Assembly: GCA_016176525.1 (NCBI GenBank)
Contig: JACOWZ010000003.1
Span: 537,925-601,924 of the forward strand
Direction of reading: 5' to 3'
Source: Candidatus Colwellbacteria bacterium
Lineage (GTDB): Bacteria; Patescibacteriota; Minisyncoccia; UBA6257; Colwellbacteraceae
DNA: 64,000 bases
In this document: positions 44,830 to 54,200 of the stretch, piece by piece
Layout of the letters: every line of letters begins with the position of its first letter
Numbering within the stretch: position 1 is the first letter of the stretch
Notes under the pieces: model-generated
Databases searched by the model: none
What the model was told of the DNA's origin: nothing
The model's input: the letters and a program-made list of their open reading frames with translations, nothing else
Made by a program: the position numbers and the translations under genes

Positions 44830-45711
44830 TTAGATAATTTTGATGGCGCGTAGCTTCGCAGAACGACTGCGTAGGTTTGCCGTAATTTCTTTTTCTTCTG
44901 GAATAACTGGTTTTTTGGTAAGTAGCTTAGCTTTGGCGTTCTCTTCCATCTCTATAAATGCATCCTTTACCAACCTGTCTTCTAGAGAATGGAACGTTAT
45001 AATCACAACTCTTCCGCCAACGGCCATAATTTTCTCCAAGTTCGTGAGAATCCGCTCTAAATTATCCAGTTCGCTGTTTACATATATGCGAAGCGCCTGG
45101 AAAACTCTTGCCACAACACCTGCCTCCCCTTTTTTAAAAAATTTAGGTATTGCCCCTTTAATCACTTCTTTCAGTTGGCCAGCAGTAAGTATTCTTTCTT
45201 TCTTACGCTCCCTTACAATTTCGGCTGCAATTTGTCGCGAGAATCTCTCTTCGCCTAAATTCCATAAGATATCGGCAAGCTCATCCTCGCGCAGGCTGTT
45301 TATAATTTCTGCAGCGGTTTTAATTCCTTCGGTTTTGGAATATCTCATATCAAGCGGTTCCGCGTCGTTTTTATAGCTAAAACCTCTGCCCGCCTCAAGC
45401 TGCCCCGAAGAAAACCCTAGATCTAGCAGTAACCCGTCTGCCTTACCTAACTTTTCTCTTTCCAAGATTTCTGGTAAATCTGCGTAATTTCCGTGGGCGA
45501 AAATAGTTTGTAGTTTATAGTTTTTAGTTTTTAGTTTTGTGATCATGCTTTCATCCCAATCAATTCCTAGAAACTTTCCACTACTCCCTATTTTTTCAAG
45601 AATCGCCTCTGCGTGGCCACCACCGTTAACAGTGGCGTCTATCATAAATTCTCCCGGCTTCGGCACAAGACATTTCAAAACCTCATTTAAAAGAACAGGA
45701 ATATGCATCAA
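44830..45711 (-). CDS. rsmH: 16S rRNA (cytosine1402-N4)-methyltransferase RsmH
   Basis: MMHIPVLLNEVL. SAM motif IDATVNGGGHA. DLGFSSGQL. 293 aa. Confidence 0.9.
   Translation of the reverse strand: MMHIPVLLNEVLKCLVPKPGEFMIDATVNGGGHAEAILEKIGSSGKFLGIDWDESMITKLKTKNYKLQTIFAHGNYADLPEILEREKLGKADGLLLDLGFSSGQLEAGRGFSYKNDAEPLDMRYSKTEGIKTAAEIINSLREDELADILWNLGEERFSRQIAAEIVRERKKERILTAGQLKEVIKGAIPKFFKKGEAGVVARVFQALRIYVNSELDNLERILTNLEKIMAVGGRVVIITFHSLEDRLVKDAFIEMEENAKAKLLTKKPVIPEEKEITANLRSRSAKLRAIKII
45504..45538. repeat. TAGTTT(T/G)TAGTT repeat family, copy B (TAGTTTGTAGTTTATAGTTTTTAGTTTTTAGTTTTG). It lies inside rsmH.
   Basis: Seen directly in the sequence. It encodes ITKLKTKNYKLQT. Confidence 0.6.
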
Positions 45712-46142
45712 ATTCCGAGTTCTCCAAGCTTCTCTGCTATTTCTTCCGAACTGCCTTCAGATTTTGACTTGTAGCGCTCCCATTCTTCTGCATCCCAAAT
45801 TTCCATTCTGTTGTAAACGCCGGTAATTTTTGTGTTTTTCTTTAGCCCTGAATATTTGCGCAAATAATCCGGAATTAAAATTCTCCCCTGCGAGTCCAGC
45901 TCCACATCTGCCGCGCCAGAGAGCATAAGCCGCACAAATGCGCGTGAATTTGCTTGCGACAAAGGCAAGGCAACAAGCTTTTGCGCAAGTGCCTCCCAAT
46001 CTTTGCTTGTAAAAACAAAGAGGCAATGGTCTATGCCTCTTGTAATAATTGCTCCGCCCACGAGCTTACCCCTAAATTTGGCGGGTATCGCTACTCGTCC
46101 TTTCTGGTCTATATTGTGTTGGTATTCGCCTAGAAAGCTCAT
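45708..46142 (-). CDS. mraZ: Transcriptional regulator MraZ
   Basis: MSFLGEYQHNIDQKGRVAIPAKFR is the canonical MraZ N-terminus. The start was moved from 46214 to the ATG at 46140-46142. Confidence 0.85.
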   Translation of the reverse strand: MSFLGEYQHNIDQKGRVAIPAKFRGKLVGGAIITRGIDHCLFVFTSKDWEALAQKLVALPLSQANSRAFVRLMLSGAADVELDSQGRILIPDYLRKYSGLKKNTKITGVYNRMEIWDAEEWERYKSKSEGSSEEIAEKLGELGI

Positions 46143-46347
46143 AGTTATTATAGTTATCCACAGAAAAGAGGGGTTTTCCACATACTTATCCACAATTCCC
46201 CACTTTTCATACATTATAACGTTAAATCACCCACAAAAGCAACATATAGACTATGTGTACAAGTAGAGCTCTCCAAACCCAGAGAGTTGACAATAGTGTT
46301 GCTTTATTATATAAAGCTGGTACCTCGCGAAGCGAGGCGGTGCAGAA

Positions 46348-47778
46348 ATGCAACACGGACAGAACCTTGAAAACCAGAACGCAGAAACAAAACAGCTCTA
46401 CGGAGCTGCAGTGCTATTTGGCCTAGGCCAGCAAGGCAAGCGAGTAGTACAAAAGCTCGTGAACCTTCGAGAAGACGGCCACAAAGTGGATCTAACCGCA
46501 GTGTTTGATCCCAACCCCGCTAAGTTTGAGGAAGAAATCGTGCCGGGCAAAAGGCTCGCAGACATCTTCCCAGACACAAAGCGCATCGTCGGCACAATTA
46601 GAGATGCTCCTTTTGATATGAAAGGCATCACGGTTGTGTTTGACTGTTCAAACACCGTAAGTGACGGCGTGGAAAACCACACAGCAAACATGGAGGCGGT
46701 AGTGCAAAACGGCTTCCGCGGCACTTCGTGGAGCGGCAGAGACTGGTTCCGGACATATGCGGTTGAAAAACCGACATCTCTGGATGGCGAACGGCTAAAA
46801 AGACTTGTTATGGTTATGCGCAAGCGAAAGATCGCGCTAACCACTGACTACGTTGAGTCGTTTACTCCAGCAAAGAGCGCAACGATTAAGGACATTGCGC
46901 AGCACTCGCGAAAAGTTACGAGCATCAAGACATTCCGCCTGTCTTCCACACAAGAAAAGAGCGTAAAGACAAAACGCTTGGTTATCCGCCACAACAGCGG
47001 AGCTTGGGCAGACAAGGCGCATGACCCGATGCACGCAGCAATGGTTATTGCCGCGTCGCACGGAGACATAAGATACGCGCGCGTAGTTAAAGCAGATTTC
47101 CAAATGTTGGAGATCATCTCGCCGAACGGCATAAAATCGTACATCGCCAAAGACGGGCGGTTTGTGCCAGGCGAAGGTGAAGCAAAAAATCTGCAAGGTT
47201 TTAACGACGCGCATGCTAACGTAGCATGGAGTGCAAGCGGAGTAACCGTGCGCCATGTTTCTTCGCATCTTGGCGCAAAGCCCGAAGACCTGCGCGAAAT
47301 TGAGGGTTGGTTTACGCCAAACCTTAAGCACGCAGTTGCAGAGGCATCCACAAAGCGCGGAGAACCGCGCACACCGGCATCTGTTACTGCCGCATACGGC
47401 GCGAATTTCCAAAACTTGGAGGCTCGCGTCGCGAAGATTGAGTGCTCCGATGGTACTGCGTATGTTGAACAAACTTACGGCGCACCCGGAGGGCACTTCT
47501 CCGCTCGCATCAACCCTGACGGCACGGTAGACATTCTTTTTGAAGGTCCTCCGCCTGACGGAATGATGAAATGGGTATGGAATGCGTTCGCCGCGTCCGT
47601 GGGAGTTGAAAAACCGGCGTTCACAATGGCCGAAATCCTTAAGGACAACGAAATTATCCAACTCGCATCGTGGGCAGCAAACCGCGATACGACCTGGACT
47701 CTGGATTTAGGCGATCCCCAACAAGAGGCATTTGCCAAGTTCTTGGAAAAGCCCCTGCGAGAAGCAAACTGCTGGTAA
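46348..47778 (+). CDS. Gfo/Idh/MocA-like NAD(P)-binding oxidoreductase-family protein. GC-rich and probably horizontally acquired.
   Basis: N-terminal Rossmann-like VLFGLGQQGKRVVQKL...LTAVFDPNP and an EKP motif (YAVEKPTSL). GC content is clearly above the window background. Five overlapping alternate-frame ORFs are a GC-rich artefact. Confidence 0.45.
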   Translation: MQHGQNLENQNAETKQLYGAAVLFGLGQQGKRVVQKLVNLREDGHKVDLTAVFDPNPAKFEEEIVPGKRLADIFPDTKRIVGTIRDAPFDMKGITVVFDCSNTVSDGVENHTANMEAVVQNGFRGTSWSGRDWFRTYAVEKPTSLDGERLKRLVMVMRKRKIALTTDYVESFTPAKSATIKDIAQHSRKVTSIKTFRLSSTQEKSVKTKRLVIRHNSGAWADKAHDPMHAAMVIAASHGDIRYARVVKADFQMLEIISPNGIKSYIAKDGRFVPGEGEAKNLQGFNDAHANVAWSASGVTVRHVSSHLGAKPEDLREIEGWFTPNLKHAVAEASTKRGEPRTPASVTAAYGANFQNLEARVAKIECSDGTAYVEQTYGAPGGHFSARINPDGTVDILFEGPPPDGMMKWVWNAFAASVGVEKPAFTMAEILKDNEIIQLASWAANRDTTWTLDLGDPQQEAFAKFLEKPLREANCW

Positions 47779-47839
47779 AAAACCGGCAACCCCGCTAGAA
47801 TAAAGTCTAAGCGGGGTTTTTATTGTTATAAATGAAGAT

Positions 47840-48607
47840 ATGAAAGTTGATTATCATTTTCACCCGAATCTTCCGAAGAGCGACAAACGCGCGCGGCGTA
47901 AAGTTGCTAAAATATATTCTAAACTCCAAGATGCGGGTATTCGTTGCGTTATTATAACCGAACACGTTTACAAAAACTACCGGCGCGCGTGGCAGATGAT
48001 GTTGGAGCAAAAACCTGCAAACATTTCTATATTCCCCGGGCTAGAATATGTAACAAAAGAAAATATTGATATATGCATATTTGCAGAAACCGAAAAGATA
48101 TATCAACACGAATTTGTGCCATTTAAGTGGACTTATGAAGAAGTGCTCGCATACCTTAAGCAAAATACAGATATATTCGGTTATGTAACACACCCCCTTA
48201 CCTTAGGACAAACAAGTATTGTAGATAAAAAAGGAGCGGACTTTGCAAAACTTGCTATAAGCCAACTTGGAGCAGTTGAGGCGTCTTACACAGCTCTATC
48301 CAAGCTAAAAAATATTATAATTAGTAAGAAAACCTTAAATAGAATAAAAGACAACGAAAACCTACCGCAGGAATTCTATCCCAAGAATATAAAATTCCTA
48401 ACCACCGGAAGTGATGCGCATCATCCGTGGGATATAGGAATGTGCACAGAGGTTGAAGAAAAAAGCAGCGTGTTTGATTCAATAATAAGCAATAAAAGCA
48501 TGAAAGTAGTAGGCAAAAGAGATGCAACCGTAATACAAACTATAAGAAGTATATTAACGGTTATACACGAATGGTGGTTAAAAATCTGGTATAGGTTATG
48601 GAAATAG
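47840..48607 (+). CDS. PHP-domain (polymerase/histidinol-phosphatase-like) metal-dependent phosphoesterase
   Basis: MKVDYHFHPN (HxH). ...ITEHVY... ...TGSDAHHPWDIG, a PHP motif order with the terminal DAH. Confidence 0.55.
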   Translation: MKVDYHFHPNLPKSDKRARRKVAKIYSKLQDAGIRCVIITEHVYKNYRRAWQMMLEQKPANISIFPGLEYVTKENIDICIFAETEKIYQHEFVPFKWTYEEVLAYLKQNTDIFGYVTHPLTLGQTSIVDKKGADFAKLAISQLGAVEASYTALSKLKNIIISKKTLNRIKDNENLPQEFYPKNIKFLTTGSDAHHPWDIGMCTEVEEKSSVFDSIISNKSMKVVGKRDATVIQTIRSILTVIHEWWLKIWYRLWK

Positions 48608-49131
48608 TAATACAAGTAATTTGGCTTTTATTGCCGGCGGCTGTCGCAAATATTTGCCCCGTAATTTTCCGCTTTTTGCCTATATTAAATTACCCGGTTG
48701 ATTTTGGTAAAACCTTTAACGGTAAGCCAATCTTAGGGCGCCACAAAACTTACAGGGGTTTCCTAGTAGGGATCTTGGGCGGAATATTAACAGCACAAGC
48801 GCAAAAAGCTCTTTACCCAATAATGGAAGCTTATTCAATAGTAGATTACTCGCAGATAAATATATTTATATTCGGTTTTGCGCTTTCTGCCTCTGCTCTT
48901 CTGGGAGATACCGCAAAGAGTTTTTTAAAAAGAAGGTTGAACATCGCACCGGGCAAACCATGGATTCCATTTGACCAAATTGACTGGATTGTAGGGTCAC
49001 TTATCGCGGCGAGTTTTTGGGTTACATTAAACCTCTCCATAATAGTGGTAGGCATTTTTGTGCTAGGCACGTTGCACTTTATACTCAACTTGATTGGGTA
49101 TGCAACCGGCCTAAGAGAAGAAAATCTATAA
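48598..49131 (+). CDS. CarS-like (DUF46, CDP-archaeol synthase family) integral membrane cytidylyltransferase
   Basis: 177 aa with 5 TM helices. LLPAAVANICPVI and FGKTFNGKPILGRHKTYRGF resemble the CarS PAYxANxxPV and GxxKTxxG cytoplasmic-loop motifs. This is from memory of the family, not from a database search. Confidence 0.5.
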   Translation: MEIVIQVIWLLLPAAVANICPVIFRFLPILNYPVDFGKTFNGKPILGRHKTYRGFLVGILGGILTAQAQKALYPIMEAYSIVDYSQINIFIFGFALSASALLGDTAKSFLKRRLNIAPGKPWIPFDQIDWIVGSLIAASFWVTLNLSIIVVGIFVLGTLHFILNLIGYATGLREENL

Positions 49132-49699
49132 GAGCTTTAGTTGCTAAAAAAGCGGCAAAAAGCATAGATGTTATGTTTAGGTAATCCGCACCTGTAAAAA
49201 CATAAACCGTAAAAATCGCATAAGAAAGGTATGCCAAAACATTGGGGAATGCGCCTGCCATAGGGCGGATAAGCCAATCACTGACACGCCCCAGATTCTT
49301 GCGCACTACCATAAGAACCCTTGCAAGCAGCATAAAATAAACATAGGCTGCCCCGGCGGCTCCAGAGACTAAAGAGACGGCCGTAAGACCGATAATAAAC
49401 AAAGTAAAATTCAAGTTATCTACTAAAACGTCTGTAAACTTACCTTTATCTGAATCTACTTTTAAATATCTCGCCAACCCACCATCAAACGCATCCATTG
49501 CAAGGGCAGCAAGTAAAAAATAAAAAGACATAAGCGGATTTGTGCCAACAAAATATATAAACCCAAGCATCAAAAAAACGCCCGCAAAACTCAATGCTGA
49601 TGGGTGAACCCTAAAAAATGCCAAGACTTTAACTATAGGCCTAATTAGGGGCTCACGGATATCGCGTAGCCAATAATACATTTTCTCTTCGCCGTTCAT
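49085..49699 (-). CDS. CDP-alcohol phosphatidyltransferase family protein
   Basis: DAFDGGLARYLKVDSDKGKFTDVLVD fits the D-G-x2-A-R-x8-G-x3-D-x3-D signature. 204 aa, polytopic. Confidence 0.7.
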   Translation of the reverse strand: MNGEEKMYYWLRDIREPLIRPIVKVLAFFRVHPSALSFAGVFLMLGFIYFVGTNPLMSFYFLLAALAMDAFDGGLARYLKVDSDKGKFTDVLVDNLNFTLFIIGLTAVSLVSGAAGAAYVYFMLLARVLMVVRKNLGRVSDWLIRPMAGAFPNVLAYLSYAIFTVYVFTGADYLNITSMLFAAFLATKALIDFLLLGRLHTQSS

Positions 49700-49711
49700 A
49701 TAGAAATTATA

Positions 49712-49740
49712 ACAAAACCCCGCATTGCGGGGCTTTTTGT
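49712..49740 (-). terminator. Rho-independent terminator after rplL. Hairpin CCCCGC-ATT-GCGGGG with flanking T/A runs, so it looks bidirectional.
   Basis: GC-rich 6-bp stem directly after the rplL stop. U-runs are present in both orientations. Confidence 0.55.
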
Positions 49741-50102
49741 TATTGTAGTTCTACTGTCGCACCGACAGTTTCTAGTTTTTTCTTTAGCTCTTCTGCCTCT
49801 TCTTTCTTTAAGCCTTCTTTAACCATCTTAGGCGCGCCGTCTACAATGCCCTTAGATTCTGCTAAACCCAAACCAGTGGCTTCTTTGACCGCTTTGATGA
49901 CGTTAATCTTTTGGTCGCCTACTGCTTTAAGAAGCACATTAAACGACGTTTTCTCTTCGGCTTCTGCAGCGCCTGCGGCCCCTCCACCTGCGGCGGGCAT
50001 TGCGGCGGAGATTCCCCACTTCTCTTCCATCGCTTTAACTAATTCGGAAATCTCTACAACTGTTAATTTTTCTACTTCTTCTATTAATTTTGTTTTGTCC
50101 AT
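49740..50102 (-). CDS. rplL: 50S ribosomal protein L7/L12
   Basis: 120 aa. The Ala/Gly-rich hinge and C-terminal [26 protein letters not shown] are typical of bL12. Confidence 0.9.
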   Translation of the reverse strand: MDKTKLIEEVEKLTVVEISELVKAMEEKWGISAAMPAAGGGAAGAAEAEEKTSFNVLLKAVGDQKINVIKAVKEATGLGLAESKGIVDGAPKMVKEGLKKEEAEELKKKLETVGATVELQ

Positions 50103-50108
50103 ATGGTT

Positions 50109-50615
50109 CTAAGTCGTTGCGACCTTTTTACTCCTCTCTTGAAGTACATACATAAGTTTTCTAACAGGTCCGGTAATCGCTCCCAAAAGCTGCCCGAGTA
50201 GAATTGGTCTCGGTGGCAATTTGCCTATCGCTATCACTTCTTCGCCAGAGATAACTTTTTTGCCTGCAACATCCAACCCACCCAAAAGCTTAAAAGTATC
50301 TTTACCTTTGCCAAATCTGTATGCAATGCCAGCGGCGTTTGATATATCGCTTTTAGAAAATATAGTGCCAACTTGGGCGCCATATTCTTTTTTAACGTCG
50401 TGCGGAACACCAAGACTTTTTAACATAAGAGTCAGAAGTCTCTTTTTTACAACCGTATATTTGCCTTCTGCTTCGTTTCTTACTGTGCGCCTAAATGCAT
50501 TTAAGTCTTTTGTTGGAACACCTGTAAAATCAGTAAAAATAAGGAATTTAGACTCTTTTGCAAGAGTCTCTGCCTCTTTTAACGCTTCTGCTTTTTGTGC
50601 TCTAGTTTTTGCCAT
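50109..50615 (-). CDS. rplJ: 50S ribosomal protein L10
   Basis: 168 aa, directly upstream of rplL. It has uL10-like N-terminal motifs. Confidence 0.85.
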   Translation of the reverse strand: MAKTRAQKAEALKEAETLAKESKFLIFTDFTGVPTKDLNAFRRTVRNEAEGKYTVVKKRLLTLMLKSLGVPHDVKKEYGAQVGTIFSKSDISNAAGIAYRFGKGKDTFKLLGGLDVAGKKVISGEEVIAIGKLPPRPILLGQLLGAITGPVRKLMYVLQERSKKVATT

Positions 50616-50745
50616 AAAAAATACTGCGTTTTCGCAGCGATAATGGTTCGACTAAACTCACCATCCTCGTTGGGGCTTATTGGTTGCCCAATTTCTGCGG
50701 AATTAAGGTAAGTATACTAAACCAGGAATTATTGTCAATACAAGA
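50616..50745 (-). promoter_or_regulatory. Putative rplJ (L10) leader / 5' UTR
   Basis: A non-coding gap of about 130 nt between the RRM-gene terminator and the rplJ start. L10 leaders are a known autoregulatory site in many bacteria. Its structure was not evaluated here. Confidence 0.3.
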
Positions 50746-50779
50746 AAACACCCCCGCTGAAGCGGGGGTGTTTTTGTGT
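50740..50779 (-). terminator. Rho-independent terminator (looks bidirectional). Hairpin CACCCCCGC-TGAA-GCGGGGGTG with T-runs on both sides.
   Basis: 9-bp GC-rich stem about 10 bp after the RRM-protein stop. Confidence 0.6.
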
Positions 50780-50786
50780 ACAAACC

Positions 50787-51092
50787 TTACTGCATGGGTC
50801 TGCGTGGGCGGCCAAAGCCACCGTTGCCTCTCGGCGCACGCTCTTCCATTGGTTTGGCAATGTTGACGGTTAAATTTCTGCCTTCAAAATCCTTTCCGTT
50901 CCACATATCAATCGCCTTTTGAGCTTCTTCGTCTGTAGACATTTCTACAAAACCGAAACCCTTGCTCCTACCAGACATCCTGTCAATAATTATGTTTACT
51001 GTCTCAACAGTGCCGGCTTGGGCAAAAGCGCTCTTTAAAGCATCATCTGTGGTGGAATATGGCAAACCGCCAATATACAATCTCTTAGCCAA
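50787..51092 (-). CDS. RRM-domain RNA-binding protein
   Basis: RNP2 LYIGGL and RNP1 KGFGFVEM motifs. A C-terminal RG-rich tail. 101 aa. Confidence 0.75.
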   Translation of the reverse strand: MAKRLYIGGLPYSTTDDALKSAFAQAGTVETVNIIIDRMSGRSKGFGFVEMSTDEEAQKAIDMWNGKDFEGRNLTVNIAKPMEERAPRGNGGFGRPRRPMQ

Positions 51093-51206
51093 GTTAATGT
51101 TTAATTTACTCTGTAGGACGACTTTACTTCTGCGAGTGTAACGAACTTATGTCGTCCTAACCTCGAGAACTACCTACTTACAGTGTATATACTACACCAA
51201 ACTACC

Positions 51207-54200
51207 TTAGAAGTCAATTGTGATATTTGATACCCTAAGCTGATAATCGCCATTCTGGAAATCAAACCGTATTGTATTGCTCACAGTTGAAAATACGTTA
51301 AATGTGCGGGTGGCATAAGTTCCGGTGTTACTCTCGGTGCACGTGCCGGCGCCTGTGTATGGAGTTGTAAAAGAGAACGTGTCCACCAAAGAGCCGTCAA
51401 AATAAGTTCTGATGTATGCTGTAGACCCATTACTATTGGCGTAATAACAATATTTGTAAGAAATTGCTACCGGGGAAGAGGTATCGCTAACACCATGGAA
51501 GGTTGCTAGTGTACCTGTGGTGCCATTAGCGCCTGTGGAATTAAGTTTACGGGCGTGGCGGCTAATTCCAGATTCATTTTCAAACTCCAAAGATGACGCC
51601 CAGTCATTGATGCCAAAGCTTGGAAAATCAGGATAAGTTCCATCTTCAAAAACATGCACAGAACCGCCATAATCTATATCTTGATACAAAGCCACTCTAT
51701 ATGTTGTACCTACCTTTGCCGATGAAGCGAAATCACCCCAGCCATAACTGTGCAAATTTGAGATAGCTGAACAGCAACTAAATCCTGTGGTGCTGCCTCC
51801 ATACCACGAATCTTGATACAGCGCTATAGGATAGTTATATACTACTGTTGCTGTGCGGCTGGAGTTTACGGTAAGTTTACACCTAACCCAATCAAGAGTT
51901 GTGCTCGTAGGAGTTCCGCTGTAACTCCACACCTGGTCATCACAGCCTGTAAAATCTTCTATAATCTTACCACTCAGTTCTCCTGTAGATGTAAGTTCAA
52001 TGTAGGTGCCGCCACTTATGCTTGGTTTTGAATAGTTTGTAGTGCCTCCATATGTCGATGGGCTGCCGGTAATAGAGACGCCAGATAATCCACTTGAGTT
52101 AACATTAAGTGTATATGACGCATAGGATCCCTGCGCATAGTAGTAGCCTTGATAGTAGCCTTGGTAATAGCCTTGATAGTAGCCTTGGCCGTAGTAATAT
52201 CCTTGATAATAGCCTTGATAGTATCCTTGACCGTAGTAATATCCTTGGCCGTAGTAATAACTTTGGTAATATCCTTGATAATATCCTTGGCCGTAGTAGT
52301 AGCCTTCTGAGTAGTAAGCTCCTTGGCTGTAGTAGTATCCTTCTGCGTAAGGTGTGACGCTAAAAGCAAACTCCGCTGGTGTTGTATCTTCATTTAACAC
52401 CGCGTCTCTGGCTTTAACCTCAAATGTATGGCTTCCGACTGACTGAGTCGGTAAAGTAACCGAAGTTGGAGTTGACCACGATGACCAACTACTACTGCCG
52501 CCCGTGAATGAATATTGCTTCCCTGATCCGCCGTTATATAGCTCTGAGATCTCTGCAGCAGATAAAGTACGGTTCCAAATTGCAAGTTCGTCAATTTTAC
52601 CGTCGGAGTCTCCGTAAAACGGAGCGTTCGTGCAGGTAGATTGATACATAAACCTATAAAGACCAATGTTAATCGGACAGCCGGATGTAAAAATTGGAGT
52701 TGTAGTAGGTGGGCTAAATGTAGCGCTTAACGCACCATTAATATAAGTCTTAAATGTGGTTCCAGACTTAGTGGTAGCGATATGATACCACTGGCCTGCA
52801 GAAAGCGCGCCGGTATCCCCCAGACTTGTCCACGATTCTTGTACTAGTGTTCTTACATTGCCGCTAGAGCTCAATACATAACTTCTGAAAGCCGTTGATT
52901 CACTTGATGTGGGTATATCAATAATTGTGAAGGACTCTCCTCCAACCCAACCATCTATAAATATCCAAGCGGCATAACTAAAGTCGCCTGATGGGAAGGT
53001 AGGGCTGCTCACTCGCGCATAATCATCGGCGCCATCAAAGCTTAACGCAGAGCCTATTTTGCCCGTTGCCCATGTAGTGTTATTAAATAAAGATCCATTG
53101 CTCGTGCCATGGCTATCAGAAAATGATGTGCCAGAGCCCTCATCAAATTTCCAGTAAGATATAAGACTATCTGTTAAAGTGGAAGATCCTCCCCCACCTC
53201 CTCCACCGCCCGGTACAAATTCAACATCCGCCTGGCCGTACATATAGTTTGTAACAGTATTCGTAGGCATACTATTACTTTGATACAAATACCCAGAATT
53301 TTTTATATTCACGCTACCGGAAGTTACAGGGGTGGTAAATGTTGTATAGCAGTAACCCCCGTCCCTTACAGCCACAAAATAATCAGTGTTTGCTGTAATA
53401 GAAACCGGAGTTATGTTTGTATAGACCCAATTAGTTGTACCTGTTGTGTTTACTGTTGCGCTCGCAAGTAATGCGCTGTCGCTTACTCTATAAAGTCTAA
53501 CGGTTCTTGTGGCTGAAGCACATCTAGACCCTAATTTAGTTATCTGGCCGTCAATAGACGCAGAAAATTTATAGCCCATATTATAGTCGCCAGTAGTTGA
53601 ACTTGGTGTTGCTATGCCGGTTGCCTGAAGCGGTGTTTCTGGTGTTCCGGAGTCTTGGCTAACCTGCCAGCTAAATGTGCATGGCGAGTTTGCGCCACCG
53701 CAATCAGACCCAGACCCACCATAACCGAATGTGGGAGTGGAATCTGATGTGCTGGCTCCGGGATTGCTTGTAATTACTGTGTTAGGCGCTGTGGTATCAA
53801 TAGTAAAGCTATATGAGGCTGGTGTAAGGTCTTCGTTTGGTACGTTCGTTACTGCATCCCTCGCTTTTACATAAAATGTATGCCCGCCATCAAGTAGGGC
53901 ACCTGTAGTCACCGATGCGGTAGTTGACCATGCGGAGTATGTGCCACTGTCAATTTTCCAGCTATATTGGCATGGGGTATGCGCATCTGTACAGCTATAT
54001 GCAAAGCTGGGTGTAGTGTCGGTTGAAACTGTGAGCGGGTTTGAAGTAATAGATGTTGCCGGACCCGTTGCATCAACCGTAAAGCTAAAGCTAGCCGGCG
54101 TTGTATCTTCTGTGCCAGCGCTATCTCGCGCTTTTACATAAAATGTGTGTGCACCATCAGATAAGGCTCCAGTAGTTGCTGAAAGCAAGGCTGACCATGC

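Noticed and set aside
46398-47789. Five overlapping ORFs (for example 46837-47661 minus, 274 aa) antisense to, or frame-shifted from, the oxidoreductase gene
   Set aside because: They are typical stop-codon-poor alternate frames of a GC-rich gene. They have no motifs and show biased, Arg/Ala/Cys-rich composition.
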